Source: Acidimicrobiales bacterium
Lineage (GTDB): Bacteria > Actinomycetota > Acidimicrobiia > Acidimicrobiales > RAAP-2
Reading direction: 5' to 3'
NCBI GenBank assembly: GCA_036513075.1
Contig: DATBZS010000042.1
Location: forward strand, 261 to 64,260
Length of the DNA: 64,000 nt
Made by a program: the position numbers and the translations under genes. Shown here in pieces: positions 1 to 8,789 of the stretch (position 1 is the first letter of the stretch; each line of letters begins with the position of its first letter). A model generated the notes under the pieces. It made no database searches and was not told the origin of the DNA. It saw only the letters and a program-made list of their open reading frames with translations.

Positions 1-3
1 GGG

Positions 4-375
4 ATGCAGCCGCTCGCCGTCCACCACGTGTCCGTCAACGTCAGCGACATCGACCCGGCGATCGCCTTCTACACCGACGTGCTCGGGGGACGGGAGCGCG
101 GCGACCGGCCGGACTTCGGGTTCGCCGGGGCCTGGATCGACCTCGGTGCCAGCCAGCTCCACCTGATCGAGGCCCCCACCCCGCCGGTGCTCGGTCAGCA
201 CTTCGCCATCCGGGTGGCCGACCTCGACGCGGCGGTCGCCGAGCTCCGCCACCGGGGCGTGTCCGTCAACGATCCGAGCCGGGTCGGACCCGGCCGCCAG
301 ACCTTCGTCGCCGACCCAGACGGCAACACCGTCGAACTCTACGAGCTGGTCGACGGGTCGGCGACCGCCCCCTGA
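4..375 (+). CDS. VOC (glyoxalase/bleomycin-resistance/dioxygenase) family protein
   Basis: 123-aa ORF starting at ATG 4. 'HHVSVNVSDIDPAIAFYTDVLGG' near the N terminus and 'FVADPDGNTVELYE' near the C terminus are the typical metal-ligand segments of VOC proteins. Family call from motif memory. Confidence 0.85.
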   Translation: MQPLAVHHVSVNVSDIDPAIAFYTDVLGGRERGDRPDFGFAGAWIDLGASQLHLIEAPTPPVLGQHFAIRVADLDAAVAELRHRGVSVNDPSRVGPGRQTFVADPDGNTVELYELVDGSATAP

Positions 376-382
376 ATTGCCA

Positions 383-408
383 CACCGGAGGCCAGAAGGC
401 CTCCGGTG
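383..408. terminator. Perfect hairpin between convergent genes (candidate bidirectional terminator)
   Basis: 11-bp stem 'caccggaggcc' (383-393) / 'ggcctccggtg' (398-408) with 4-nt loop 'agaa'. It lies between the VOC stop (373-375) and the cspA stop (493-495). No clear U-tract on either strand. Confidence 0.6.
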
Positions 409-492
409 CTCATGACAACTGTGGGATCCGACCCGACGCAGCCTCCGGTGAACCGGCGACGCGCGACGGGACGGTGCCCGACAGATCGGAAC

Positions 493-696
493 TCAGATCT
501 TGCGGACCTGGCTCGCCTGCAGGCCCTTCTGGCCCTGCTTGGTCTCGAACTCCACACGCTGGCCCTCCGCGAGGTCGCGGAAGCCCTCCATCTGGATCTC
601 GGACTGGTGGACGAAGAGGTCATCCCCGCCGCCGTCAGGCGTAATGAATCCGAAGCCTTTTTCGGCGTTGAACCACTTAACTGCACCTACACCCAT
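493..696 (-). CDS. cspA: CspA-family cold-shock protein (67 aa)
   Basis: Track ORF 493..741 trimmed to the internal ATG at 694-696, which has AAGGAGA 7 nt upstream. The product '[34 protein letters not shown]...' carries the RNP1 motif KGFGFI and an RNP2-like LFVHQ. Confidence 0.95.
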   Translation of the reverse strand: MGVGAVKWFNAEKGFGFITPDGGGDDLFVHQSEIQMEGFRDLAEGQRVEFETKQGQKGLQASQVRKI

Positions 697-974
697 AACT
701 GAGTCTCCTTGAAATTCACGCACGAAAACGCGGGGATCCACTTCGAAGCCCTACCTACATGGACCCGCGTGATAAGGCCTATGTACACACCACCCTAGGC
801 GGTGTGGGTGCCCGGTGCTGGCGGAATCGCCCGGGACGGTCCGGGACGACCGGTCCGACGCCGCGGACAGGGAACCGCAAGGCACGCTCCCGTCGCCGCC
901 GATGCCTGCCGCTGGTGTCGATGTCCAGCCTCAGGGACGGGCCGGCGCGGGGCCCACTGGTACCGTCTGCGTCG

Positions 975-2531
975 ATGTCCCACCTCGGTCGCAGCGGCTC
1001 GGCCCACCGGCGGGTACCCACCATGGCCGCCCTGGTCGTCGCACTGGGCACCCTGGTCGCAGCCTGTTCGTCACCGTCGCCCACCGCCTCGACGTCGTCC
1101 TCCGTTCCGCCGCCCACCGAGGCCGGTCTGCCGGCCCTGGCGCCCCCACCGCCCGTCACGTGGACGACATGCCCGACCCATCCGGCCCTGCAATGCGGGA
1201 CCGTTCCGATGCCGCTCGACTACCGCCGCCCGTCGGCCGGCACCCTGTCGATCGCCGTGACCAGAGCGCCGGCACTCGTCGGTTCGCCACCGGGAGGACC
1301 GCCACCGGGCGGCACTCTGTTCGTCAACCCCGGGGGCCCGGGCGAGAGCGGCAACGAGATCCTGCCGATCCTGCTCCCCCTGCTGCCGCCCGAGGTGCGG
1401 TCGGCCAGCGATGTGGTCAGCTTCGACCCCCGGGGCACCGGGGCGAGCACCCCGCTCAAGTGCGGCACCGAGCCGGCCACGGTGACCGCCGTCGAACCCG
1501 TTCCGGCCGGTGTCGGCCAGCCCCTGCCCGGCACGCCGGTGTTCGCCGGGATCACCCGGGCGTGTGCCGCTGAGCATCCCTCGCTGACGGCGGCGGTCGA
1601 CACCGTCGCCACGGCCCGGGACATGGACCGGATCCGCCAGGCCCTCGGCCTCTCCACCATCAGCTACTACGGGCTCTCGTACGGAACTGTGCTCGGCAGC
1701 GTCTACGCCGAGCTGTTCCCCCATCACCTGCGGGCCATGGTGCTGGACGGTGCGGTCGACATGAACGCCTCGCTGGCCATCCAGGCCACCGAACAGGCCC
1801 CGGCGGCCGAGCGCTCACTCGATCATCTGCTCGCCACCTGCGCGGCGGATCCGACGTGTCCGCTCGGCCCCGACCCCCAGGGGCTGTACGACCGAGTGTC
1901 GGCCTCACTGACCGCCCACCCACTCCCGGCCCCGGGCGATGGCGACGACGTGCCCGTGACCCTCGGGGACCTGGACACCGCCACACTGTTCGTCATCACC
2001 GCCCTGGGTGCCACCTCGTCCTACGAGTCGGCACTCCTGGCCGCCTCCCACGGTGACGGTTCCGGCCTGCGGAAGTTGGCCCTCGGGTTCGTGGTCGACA
2101 TCGACCGCTCGCCACTGGTCGACGTCCAGTGGGCCATCACCTGCAACGACACCGTCGACCACCCGTCACCGGTGGCGGCGGGTACCCTGGCCCGCCAGCT
2201 CGCCGGCCGGTGGCCACGGATCGGCGGGTACGCCGTCACCTACAACCTCGGTGGGTGTGTCGCCTGGCCGAACGGCCGACAACCGGTGTCCGACACCCAT
2301 CCGACCGCTGCGCCGCCGGTGCTGGTCATCGGCAACACCGGCGACCCCAACACCCCGCTCATCGGAGCCAAACACCTCGCCGCGCTGTTCCCCCACGCCA
2401 GCCAGCTGACGTGGGTCGGCTGGGGTCACACGTGGCTGCTCAGCGGGTCCACCGACCCGTGTGTCCGGGCCGACGTCTCGCGCTACCTGCTCACCGACGT
2501 GCTCCCATCCCCCGGATCAGTCTGTACCTGA
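975..2531 (+). CDS. Secreted alpha/beta hydrolase, tripeptidyl-aminopeptidase-like (probable lipoprotein)
   Basis: Track ORF 759..2531 trimmed to ATG 975, giving 'MSHLGRSGSAHRRVPTMAALVVALGTLVAACSS' (basic n-region, hydrophobic core, lipobox-like LVAAC). 'FVNPGGPGESG' and the nucleophile elbow 'GLSYGT' fit actinomycete secreted aminopeptidase-type alpha/beta hydrolases. Start could also be ATG 1023. Confidence 0.8.
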   Translation: MSHLGRSGSAHRRVPTMAALVVALGTLVAACSSPSPTASTSSSVPPPTEAGLPALAPPPPVTWTTCPTHPALQCGTVPMPLDYRRPSAGTLSIAVTRAPALVGSPPGGPPPGGTLFVNPGGPGESGNEILPILLPLLPPEVRSASDVVSFDPRGTGASTPLKCGTEPATVTAVEPVPAGVGQPLPGTPVFAGITRACAAEHPSLTAAVDTVATARDMDRIRQALGLSTISYYGLSYGTVLGSVYAELFPHHLRAMVLDGAVDMNASLAIQATEQAPAAERSLDHLLATCAADPTCPLGPDPQGLYDRVSASLTAHPLPAPGDGDDVPVTLGDLDTATLFVITALGATSSYESALLAASHGDGSGLRKLALGFVVDIDRSPLVDVQWAITCNDTVDHPSPVAAGTLARQLAGRWPRIGGYAVTYNLGGCVAWPNGRQPVSDTHPTAAPPVLVIGNTGDPNTPLIGAKHLAALFPHASQLTWVGWGHTWLLSGSTDPCVRADVSRYLLTDVLPSPGSVCT

Positions 2532-2556
2532 ACCAGGGCCACCGACCCGAAGTGGG

Positions 2557-2799
2557 TCAGCGGTCGCCCACTACCCGTTCCAGGTGAAACGCCCGACGGG
2601 GGCACTCGGCGGCCGCCCGGGTAGCCAGTTCGACGAGCTCGCTTCCAACAGGGGTGCCGTCGACCACCGGGTAACCCCACTCGTCGAGGGTCACCCGCTC
2701 GGGCAGCAGTTCGGCGCAGAAACCGAAGGCATCACAGGCCACCGGGTCGACCCGGACCCGTAGGCGCACCTTGGTGTGCACCAGGGACCGTGTACTCAT
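2557..2799 (-). CDS. Small ferredoxin (single Fe-S cluster type)
   Basis: Only the last 80 aa of track ORF 2557..3147 look real: 'MSTRSLVHTKVRLRVRVDPVACDAFGFCAELLPERV...AAAECPRRAF' has the C-x-x-x-x-x-C...CP spacing of small actinobacterial ferredoxins. Its ATG (2797-2799) overlaps the upstream stop (2796-2798) as ATGA. Confidence 0.75.
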   Translation of the reverse strand: MSTRSLVHTKVRLRVRVDPVACDAFGFCAELLPERVTLDEWGYPVVDGTPVGSELVELATRAAAECPRRAFHLERVVGDR

Positions 2800-4094
2800 G
2801 ACGCACCTCCCGACAAGGTTGAGGCGGCCGGGAAGGCCAGCACCGTCGGTCGGTGACGTCCGGCGCACGGTCGGCCGGCGGCGTGGGCGGCGGCATCGGC
2901 GGCGAAGACCGTCAACGCGCTGCGCACCAGTTGGGCCACACCGTCGGGATGGCGGCAGGCGCCGCGTCCCACCGCCGAACGCGACCGCTCGTCGATGCGG
3001 GCCACCGCGCCGGCGTCGGCCCAGCCGGCGGCGAGCAGCTCGAGGTCGTCGGCGATGGCGGGCAACCCGAATACGCAGGGACCGCACTGCCCTGCGCTCT
3101 GGCCGGCCATCCAGCGGGCGATCCGGGCCGTCTCGGCGATTCCGCACGACGAGGTGGGGAGGGCCACCACGATCCCCACGCCGAGCGAGGCACCGGCCCG
3201 GGCCAACGGGGCCGGAGCGAGCGGGGTGGCACCGAGTTCGGGGGCGAGCCAGGCGCCGCCGTACCCGCCGACCAGATAGCCCGACATCGGGGCGGTCGGC
3301 CCGGACCGCTGCACGACATCTTCCACCGGGGTGCCGAGCTCGACTTCGATCACGCCCGACGTGCGTACCGCCCCGGACACCGTCACCAAGGTGGTGCCTG
3401 GGGCGTCGGCGGTGCCGAGCTGACGGAACCAGGCCGCACCGTGCCGGGCGATGAGGGCGACCTGGGCCAGCGTCTCGGCGTTGTGCACCAGGACCGGCCG
3501 GCGACCGATGGTGAGCGGAACCGACTTGTTCACCCGCAGGAACGGTCGAGCGTCCTCACGCTCGAGCCAGGACACCAGGGCGGACTCCTCGCCGGTGACG
3601 TAGCGGGCCGGCGGGCGGCGAACGGCCAGGACCCGAGGGGAGCCGGCACGCTGGCGCTCGGCCACCACCCGCTGTGCAGCCCGGGCCGAGTCGTCGCGGT
3701 CGTCGGCCACGCAGACCACGACCGAGCGGGCACCGGACAGAGCGGCGACCAGTTCGGCGCCGTCCAGCACGAGGTGGGGCGACCAGGCCAGCAGGGCGCG
3801 GTCCTTGGCACTGGCCGGCTCTCCCTCCATAGCGTTGACCACGATGACCGGTCGGCGGTTCGACCGGATCACTGAGTTCCACTTGACCGCAGTCGGGAAT
3901 CCGCCGCCCCCGCGCCCGGCCAGTCCTGACGAGGCGACCTCGGCCTGGAGGGCCTCGGCCCACGCCGGATCGTCCCCCGTGGGGATGGCCACCTGGCCAT
4001 GCAGTGCGAGATGGTCGGCCAGGCCCGGGCCGATGGGCCCGCCGGGCCCGGTGTGGAGGAGTCGCTCGACGCGCGGCAGCGTGGAGGTGGTCAT
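2796..4094 (-). CDS. NuoF-like NAD(P)H/FMN/4Fe-4S oxidoreductase module (432 aa)
   Basis: C-terminal 432 aa of track ORF 2796..4910, starting 'MTTSTLPRVERLL'. The ATG at 4092-4094 overlaps the upstream stop at 4091-4093. Motifs 'GLAGRGGGGFPTAVKW', 'MEGEPASAKDR' and 'SAGQCGPCVFG' correspond to the nucleotide/FMN loops and Fe-S cysteine motif of the complex I 51-kDa (NuoF) family. Confidence 0.8.
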   Translation of the reverse strand: MTTSTLPRVERLLHTGPGGPIGPGLADHLALHGQVAIPTGDDPAWAEALQAEVASSGLAGRGGGGFPTAVKWNSVIRSNRRPVIVVNAMEGEPASAKDRALLAWSPHLVLDGAELVAALSGARSVVVCVADDRDDSARAAQRVVAERQRAGSPRVLAVRRPPARYVTGEESALVSWLEREDARPFLRVNKSVPLTIGRRPVLVHNAETLAQVALIARHGAAWFRQLGTADAPGTTLVTVSGAVRTSGVIEVELGTPVEDVVQRSGPTAPMSGYLVGGYGGAWLAPELGATPLAPAPLARAGASLGVGIVVALPTSSCGIAETARIARWMAGQSAGQCGPCVFGLPAIADDLELLAAGWADAGAVARIDERSRSAVGRGACRHPDGVAQLVRSALTVFAADAAAHAAGRPCAGRHRPTVLAFPAASTLSGGAS

Positions 4095-4831
4095 CGGGAG
4101 TCCCTTTCCAGGAGTCGGGTTGCTGTCGGTGTCGAGCCGCCCACTGTGGTGGGCGAAGCGGTTGTCGCGGAGGCAGAGGTGGCGACCCGACGCTTGCGTG
4201 CATCCGTCTGGTGCAGCCCATCCGGGCGGTGTCGTGCGGGTACCGCCCGGGTGGTGGCGCTCACCCGGACGGCGTCCCTGCGGGTCGTCCGGTGGTAGCC
4301 GATCCGCCACGTCACAGCGGTCACGACGGCGACGGTGCAGATGGCGGCGATGGCATCCAACCACAGCTGCCGGGCATCGGTGCCGGCGCCGAGTGCATGC
4401 GCCATGGCCAGGGGCCAACAGGCGTAGGCCAGCCAGTGGAGGCCACGCCACACCCGAGGATCGATGCGCTGGCGAAGTGCGCTCGAGATGGCGACCGCGG
4501 CCAACAGGTCGACGGCCACCGCCCCGAGTCCGGTCCACAGCGGCTTGAACGACGACGTGAACGGCACGATCACCGGCCCCAGGCCCACGTGGACGTAGGT
4601 GTCGACCACCGAAGTCACGATGTGGATCCCGAGGAAGACCAGGGCCAACATGGTGGCCCGCTTGTGAAGGTCCACCTGGGCGAAGGCCGGCCAGCGAGGA
4701 GTGCGGGCCCGGGAGGCCGACAACAGGCCGAGCACGGTGGTCACCGTGAGGAGTATGAGTGCGACCACGCCGGTGGCCCGGATCGCGTACCAGACGGCCT
4801 CGGTCATGGACGTGGAGGTGGCGGCCAGCAT
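4091..4831 (-). CDS. Ferric-reductase/MsrQ-like transmembrane cytochrome b domain protein
   Basis: Track ORF 4091..4906 trimmed to the ATG at 4829-4831 ('MLAATSTSMTEAVWY'), which overlaps the apbE stop (TGATG). About six hydrophobic helices. His pairs in 'LHKRATMLALVFLGIHIV' and 'LHWLAYACWPLAMAHAL' are placed like bis-haem ligands of this family. The C-terminal ~70 aa are basic, then T/S/A-rich. Confidence 0.75.
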   Translation of the reverse strand: MLAATSTSMTEAVWYAIRATGVVALILLTVTTVLGLLSASRARTPRWPAFAQVDLHKRATMLALVFLGIHIVTSVVDTYVHVGLGPVIVPFTSSFKPLWTGLGAVAVDLLAAVAISSALRQRIDPRVWRGLHWLAYACWPLAMAHALGAGTDARQLWLDAIAAICTVAVVTAVTWRIGYHRTTRRDAVRVSATTRAVPARHRPDGLHQTDARKRRVATSASATTASPTTVGGSTPTATRLLERDSR

Positions 4832-5838
4832 CACCGCACCTCCCGATCGGTCGCGTCGGCGCGGGCCGACTCGTTGAACGATGCGAAGTTCGGGACGCCC
4901 GGCCAATCACCGACAGTCACTACGTCGCCGTCGGCATGGACGAGTCGCGCCGTCACGCCGTGCCCGATCAAGTTGCCAGGAGCGTCCTCGCCCCAGACGA
5001 CGGCGGCCGTCGACCAACCGTTGGCCTCGACGCAGGTGGCGCCGAGGGCGGAGACCAGCGTCCACGTGGTCGGGGCGACCTCGCCCGTCCACGGGTCGAC
5101 GATGTGGTGCACCGTGCGCCCGGCATGAGACCAGGTCCGAGCGGTGGTGCCCGACGTAGCGAGTCCTCCGTACCGGAGGGCGACGACCTCATCGGCATCG
5201 ACCGGCGCGGTGGTGCAGTGATCGGCGATTCCCACGCCCCAGCCGTCGGCGGGTGGCGGGCCGGCGGTGGCCACGTCACCCCCGAGGTTCACCAGGGCGC
5301 TGCAGCCGAGGGCACCGAAGATGCGGGCGGCCGCCTGGTCTGCGGCAAAGGCCTTGCCCGTCGAGCCGACATCGACATGGATCCCGTCGGGCACCGACAC
5401 CGTCCGCGCCGACCGGTCCAGCCCGATCCGCCACCAGCCCGGCGCGGGGGTCGGCGGAAGATCCGGCAGGTCGTTCTCCTCGTCGAGCAACGCGAAGTCA
5501 CGGTCGTAACCGAGCTCGACCATGGCCGAGCCGATGGTCGGGTCGACGATGCCGCCGGTCCGTATGGCCACGTCGTACGCCTGCTCCAGCACCGCGAAAA
5601 GAAGTGGGCTGACCAGGGTCGGTCGCCCCCCGCGTTGTTCGAGGCGGCGCAGTTCGGAGTCGGGCCGGAACCGGCTGCACGCCCGATCGAGTGCGTCCAG
5701 GTCGAGAGCCAGCAGGACCAGGGCGGCGTCGGCGGCTTCGGGGGCGTCGGGGGCGTCGACCACCACTGTCGCCGTAGTACCGATGGCCTGCATCGAGCGG
5801 ACAGCTAGCGCCGGCCGCTCGTCGGTGCGCGCGCTCAC
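4831..5838 (-). CDS. apbE: ApbE-family FAD:protein FMN transferase
   Basis: 335-aa ORF. The GTG at 5836-5838 overlaps the upstream stop (GTGA). Blocks 'MQAIGTTATVVV', 'VDVGSTGKAFAAD', 'NLGGDV', 'GGLATSGTTAR' and 'HHIVDPWTG' match remembered conserved ApbE blocks. No obvious signal peptide or lipobox at the N terminus. Confidence 0.85.
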   Translation of the reverse strand: MSARTDERPALAVRSMQAIGTTATVVVDAPDAPEAADAALVLLALDLDALDRACSRFRPDSELRRLEQRGGRPTLVSPLLFAVLEQAYDVAIRTGGIVDPTIGSAMVELGYDRDFALLDEENDLPDLPPTPAPGWWRIGLDRSARTVSVPDGIHVDVGSTGKAFAADQAAARIFGALGCSALVNLGGDVATAGPPPADGWGVGIADHCTTAPVDADEVVALRYGGLATSGTTARTWSHAGRTVHHIVDPWTGEVAPTTWTLVSALGATCVEANGWSTAAVVWGEDAPGNLIGHGVTARLVHADGDVVTVGDWPGVPNFASFNESARADATDREVR

Positions 5839-6116
5839 GACTGCCCCGAGGTGGTCGTGGCCGTCGTCGCACCTGAGGTCCCCGTGGTCGTCGTGGTGGA
5901 CGGCGCGGTCGTCGACGTGGCGGTCGAGCCCGTCGAGGAGGTAGTCGTCGTCGATGCGTGGTGGGTGGTAGCTCCGGCGACGGCGACACCGATACCTACG
6001 GCGGCCACCGTGGCGGTCAGTCCCATGGCCACCGTGGCCCGGCGGATGCGCACGAGCGCTTCGCCCCTCGATCTGGCGGCGTCGTTCCGAGAGCGGGGCT
6101 TAGGCAGGGGGACCAT
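5835..6116 (-). CDS. Small membrane-anchored Thr/Ser-rich protein (93 aa), function unknown
   Basis: Track ORF 5835..6149 trimmed to the ATG at 6114-6116, with GAAAGG 7 nt upstream. The product has a basic N terminus and one hydrophobic helix 'ATVAMGLTATVAAVGIGVAVAGA'. A T/S/G/A-only tail follows, ending 'TTGTSGATTATTTSGQS'. The stop overlaps the apbE start. Low-complexity composition keeps confidence moderate. Confidence 0.5.
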   Translation of the reverse strand: MVPLPKPRSRNDAARSRGEALVRIRRATVAMGLTATVAAVGIGVAVAGATTHHASTTTTSSTGSTATSTTAPSTTTTTGTSGATTATTTSGQS

Positions 6117-6403
6117 GGCTGCACCTTTCGTTCGGGACCCGGCCACCACGGCCGGTTCGGGTCGATGGAGCTATCTGACAGGATCCGTTGCAGGTTCCCC
6201 TGCGCGCCGCCTGAGTCCCTCCTGTGAATCCACGCCGGTCCACCGGTCTCCCTCGCCGCTCAGGCGTCGAGCTTCACAGCGGACCCACAGGCGGGTCACA
6301 CCGAAGCTCCAGACCGCGGTGCAATGCTCTGGTGCAGGCAGACCCCGGACAACAGGCCCGGACAACCGGAAGGACAGGGCGGACGACGCCCGGAGGAGAT
6401 CCC

Positions 6404-7105
6404 GTGGAGCCCACACGAAGCCAGCGCATTTTGGTGGTCGACGACGAGCCGTCGATCGTCGATGCCGTCGCCACCTCGCTCCGCTACGAGGGATTTGAGG
6501 TCACCCAGGCCGTCAACGGCCGCCAGGCGCTGTCCCTGGCCCAGGAGGACCCGCCCGATCTGATCGTGCTCGACGTGATGCTCCCCGACCTCGACGGGCT
6601 CGAGGTCACCCGCCGCCTCCGTGAGGATGGCATCCGGGTGCCGATCCTGTTCCTCACCGCCCGAGATGCCGTCGACGACAAGGTGGCCGGTCTGACCATC
6701 GGCGGCGACGACTACGTCACCAAGCCGTTCGCCCTCGCCGAGGTCGTCGCCCGGGTGCATGCCATCCTGCGCCGATTGGGAGCCGAAGATGAGGAGACGG
6801 GGATCCTCAAGTTCGCCAACATCGAGATGGACGAGAACGCCCACGAGGTGACCCGGGCCGGCACGGTCATCCCCCTGACCGCCACCGAGTTCAACTTGCT
6901 GCGCTTCTTCCTGCTCAACCCGCGCCACGTCCTGTCCAAGTCCCAGATCCTCGACCACGTCTGGCACTACGACTTCGGGGGCGACGGCAACGTGGTCGAG
7001 ACCTACGTGAGCTACCTCCGCAAGAAGCTCGAAGTGGCCGGTCCCCCGGTCATCCACACCGTGCGTCTGGTCGGGTATGCCTTGCGCGAACCGTCTGCCG
7101 CCTGA
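6404..7105 (+). CDS. OmpR/PhoB-family response regulator
   Basis: Track ORF 6224..7105 trimmed to GTG 6404, with GGAGGAG just upstream. The receiver domain shows 'ILVVDDEPSIV...PDLIVLDVMLPDLDGLEV'. The winged-helix output domain shows 'LTATEFNLLRFFLLNPRHVLSKSQILDHVW...TVRLVGYAL'. Confidence 0.9.
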   Translation: MEPTRSQRILVVDDEPSIVDAVATSLRYEGFEVTQAVNGRQALSLAQEDPPDLIVLDVMLPDLDGLEVTRRLREDGIRVPILFLTARDAVDDKVAGLTIGGDDYVTKPFALAEVVARVHAILRRLGAEDEETGILKFANIEMDENAHEVTRAGTVIPLTATEFNLLRFFLLNPRHVLSKSQILDHVWHYDFGGDGNVVETYVSYLRKKLEVAGPPVIHTVRLVGYALREPSAA

Positions 7106-7107
7106 CC

Positions 7108-8697
7108 GTGTCCCTCCGCGCCCGCCTCCTCGTCGCCATCGGGGTCATCGCCCTGGTGGCGCTGCTCATTGCCGACCTGGTCACCTATTCGGCACTCCAG
7201 TCATTCCTGTACCAGCGGGTGGACCAGCAACTGTCGGCGTTCCACGGCGGCTACGAGCACGCCATCGACCAGGGCTACACGATCCCCTGCGTCGGCGCGC
7301 CCGGTCAGGTCTCTCCGCCGACCAGGTCGGGAGCCGGCACCGGGGGCGGTCCGGACGGCGGGCTGTCGAATGCCCAGCAGACCCTGGCCGTGCAGGTCCG
7401 CACGACGTCGGGCACGACGGTCGGTGGCACAGGTTGCCCGACCTACGTCGACGGCAAGGCCTTCACCCCGGCGATCACCACGCCGATTACGGGATTCACC
7501 ACCGCCCCCGATGGGACCCAGGTCGCCTTCTTCGACGCCCCGTCGGCTCAGGCCGATGGCCCCACCTTCCGGGTCCGTGCCTCTACCTTGGCCAACGGAG
7601 ACCTGCTGATCCTGGCCCAGCCCCTTGGCGACACGGAAAGCACGTTGAGCCGCCTGCTGATGATCGAGCTGCTTGTCACGGCCGGTGCCGTGATCGTCGC
7701 CCTCGGCGCCGGCTTCTGGTTGGTGCGGCTCGGACTGAAGCCACTCCGCGATATGGAGACGGCGGCCGAGTCGATCGCCGAGGGAAATCTCACCGAGCGG
7801 GTGCCGGGCGAGAGCGGCAAGACCGAGGTCGGGCGCCTGGCCCGGACCCTCAACGTCATGCTGAGTCGGATCGAGTCGGCCTTCCGGGCCCGCGTCGCAT
7901 CCGAGGAACGCCTACTCGAATCCGACGCCCGTCTGCGCCGATTCGTCGCCGACGCCTCCCACGAACTCCGCACGCCCATCGCCGCGATCAGTGCCTACGC
8001 CGAGCTGTTCGGGCGCGGGGCCTCCGAGCAGAAAGCGGACCTCGAGCGTCTCATGGGCGGGATCCAGTCGGAGACGGGACGGATGGAGCATCTCGTGGCC
8101 GACCTGCTCCTCCTGGCCCGGCTCGATGAGGGCCGGCCCATGGAGATGCACCCTGTCGACCTGGTCGCGCTGTGCGGCGAGGCCGTCCAGACCTCGCGCA
8201 CTGTTGGCCCCGGCTGGCCGGTGACCTTCACCGCACCTCGCCCCATCGAGGTGGTCGGCGACGCCACCAGTCTGCGCCAGGTCATCGACAACCTCCTCGG
8301 TAACGTCCGTTCCCACACCCCCGAAGGCACCACCACCCACGTGTCGGTCGCGCCGGACGGTGATGGCGCCGTGGTGGTCGTGGCCGACGACGGCCCGGGC
8401 ATGGACCCCGACCAGGTGGCCCACGTCTTCGAGCGTTTCTACCGGTCCGATCCGAGCCGGTCCCGCCTCCATGGTGGCGCCGGCCTCGGCCTGTCGATCG
8501 TGGCGGCCATCGTGGCCGCGCACCGGGGCACCGTCACCGCGACCAGTGTCCTCGGCCAGGGCACCACCTTCACCGTTCGCCTCTCGGCGACGCCATCGGT
8601 CGGGCTTCCCGTCCCATCGGCGAGCGAGGGTTCGCTGCCCGCACCAGGTACCGCCCCGTCTGCTGCTCCCCCGGCCACTCCGCCTGCCTCCACGTAG
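7108..8697 (+). CDS. Sensor histidine kinase (two TM helices, HAMP, HisKA, HATPase_c)
   Basis: GTG 7108 lies 2 nt after the regulator stop. H-box 'ASHELRTPIAAI', N-box 'LLGNVRSHTP', G1 'DDGPGM' and G2 'GGAGLGLSIV' are all present. The C-terminal tail is Pro/Ala-rich. Confidence 0.9.
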   Translation: MSLRARLLVAIGVIALVALLIADLVTYSALQSFLYQRVDQQLSAFHGGYEHAIDQGYTIPCVGAPGQVSPPTRSGAGTGGGPDGGLSNAQQTLAVQVRTTSGTTVGGTGCPTYVDGKAFTPAITTPITGFTTAPDGTQVAFFDAPSAQADGPTFRVRASTLANGDLLILAQPLGDTESTLSRLLMIELLVTAGAVIVALGAGFWLVRLGLKPLRDMETAAESIAEGNLTERVPGESGKTEVGRLARTLNVMLSRIESAFRARVASEERLLESDARLRRFVADASHELRTPIAAISAYAELFGRGASEQKADLERLMGGIQSETGRMEHLVADLLLLARLDEGRPMEMHPVDLVALCGEAVQTSRTVGPGWPVTFTAPRPIEVVGDATSLRQVIDNLLGNVRSHTPEGTTTHVSVAPDGDGAVVVVADDGPGMDPDQVAHVFERFYRSDPSRSRLHGGAGLGLSIVAAIVAAHRGTVTATSVLGQGTTFTVRLSATPSVGLPVPSASEGSLPAPGTAPSAAPPATPPAST

Positions 8698-8789
8698 TCA
8701 GTTCCGCGGCCGCCGTGACGGCCCGCTCGGTCCCGGGAAAAGGCTCCGGAATACACAGCGAAGGCACAGGTGACTCCCACGGTGCCGGG

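Noticed and set aside
759-974. ATG 759 as the start of the alpha/beta hydrolase
   Set aside because: It would add 72 Arg/Gly/Pro-rich residues ahead of a textbook signal peptide and lipobox, so the internal ATG 975 (or 1023) is far more plausible.
5840-6000. Periodic 'gtcgtcg/gtggtcg' repeats (also 40920-41030 and 55130-55340) as possible CRISPR-like or satellite arrays
   Set aside because: They are codon-level periodicities of poly-Thr, poly-Pro or Gly-rich coding segments. There is no repeat-spacer organisation.
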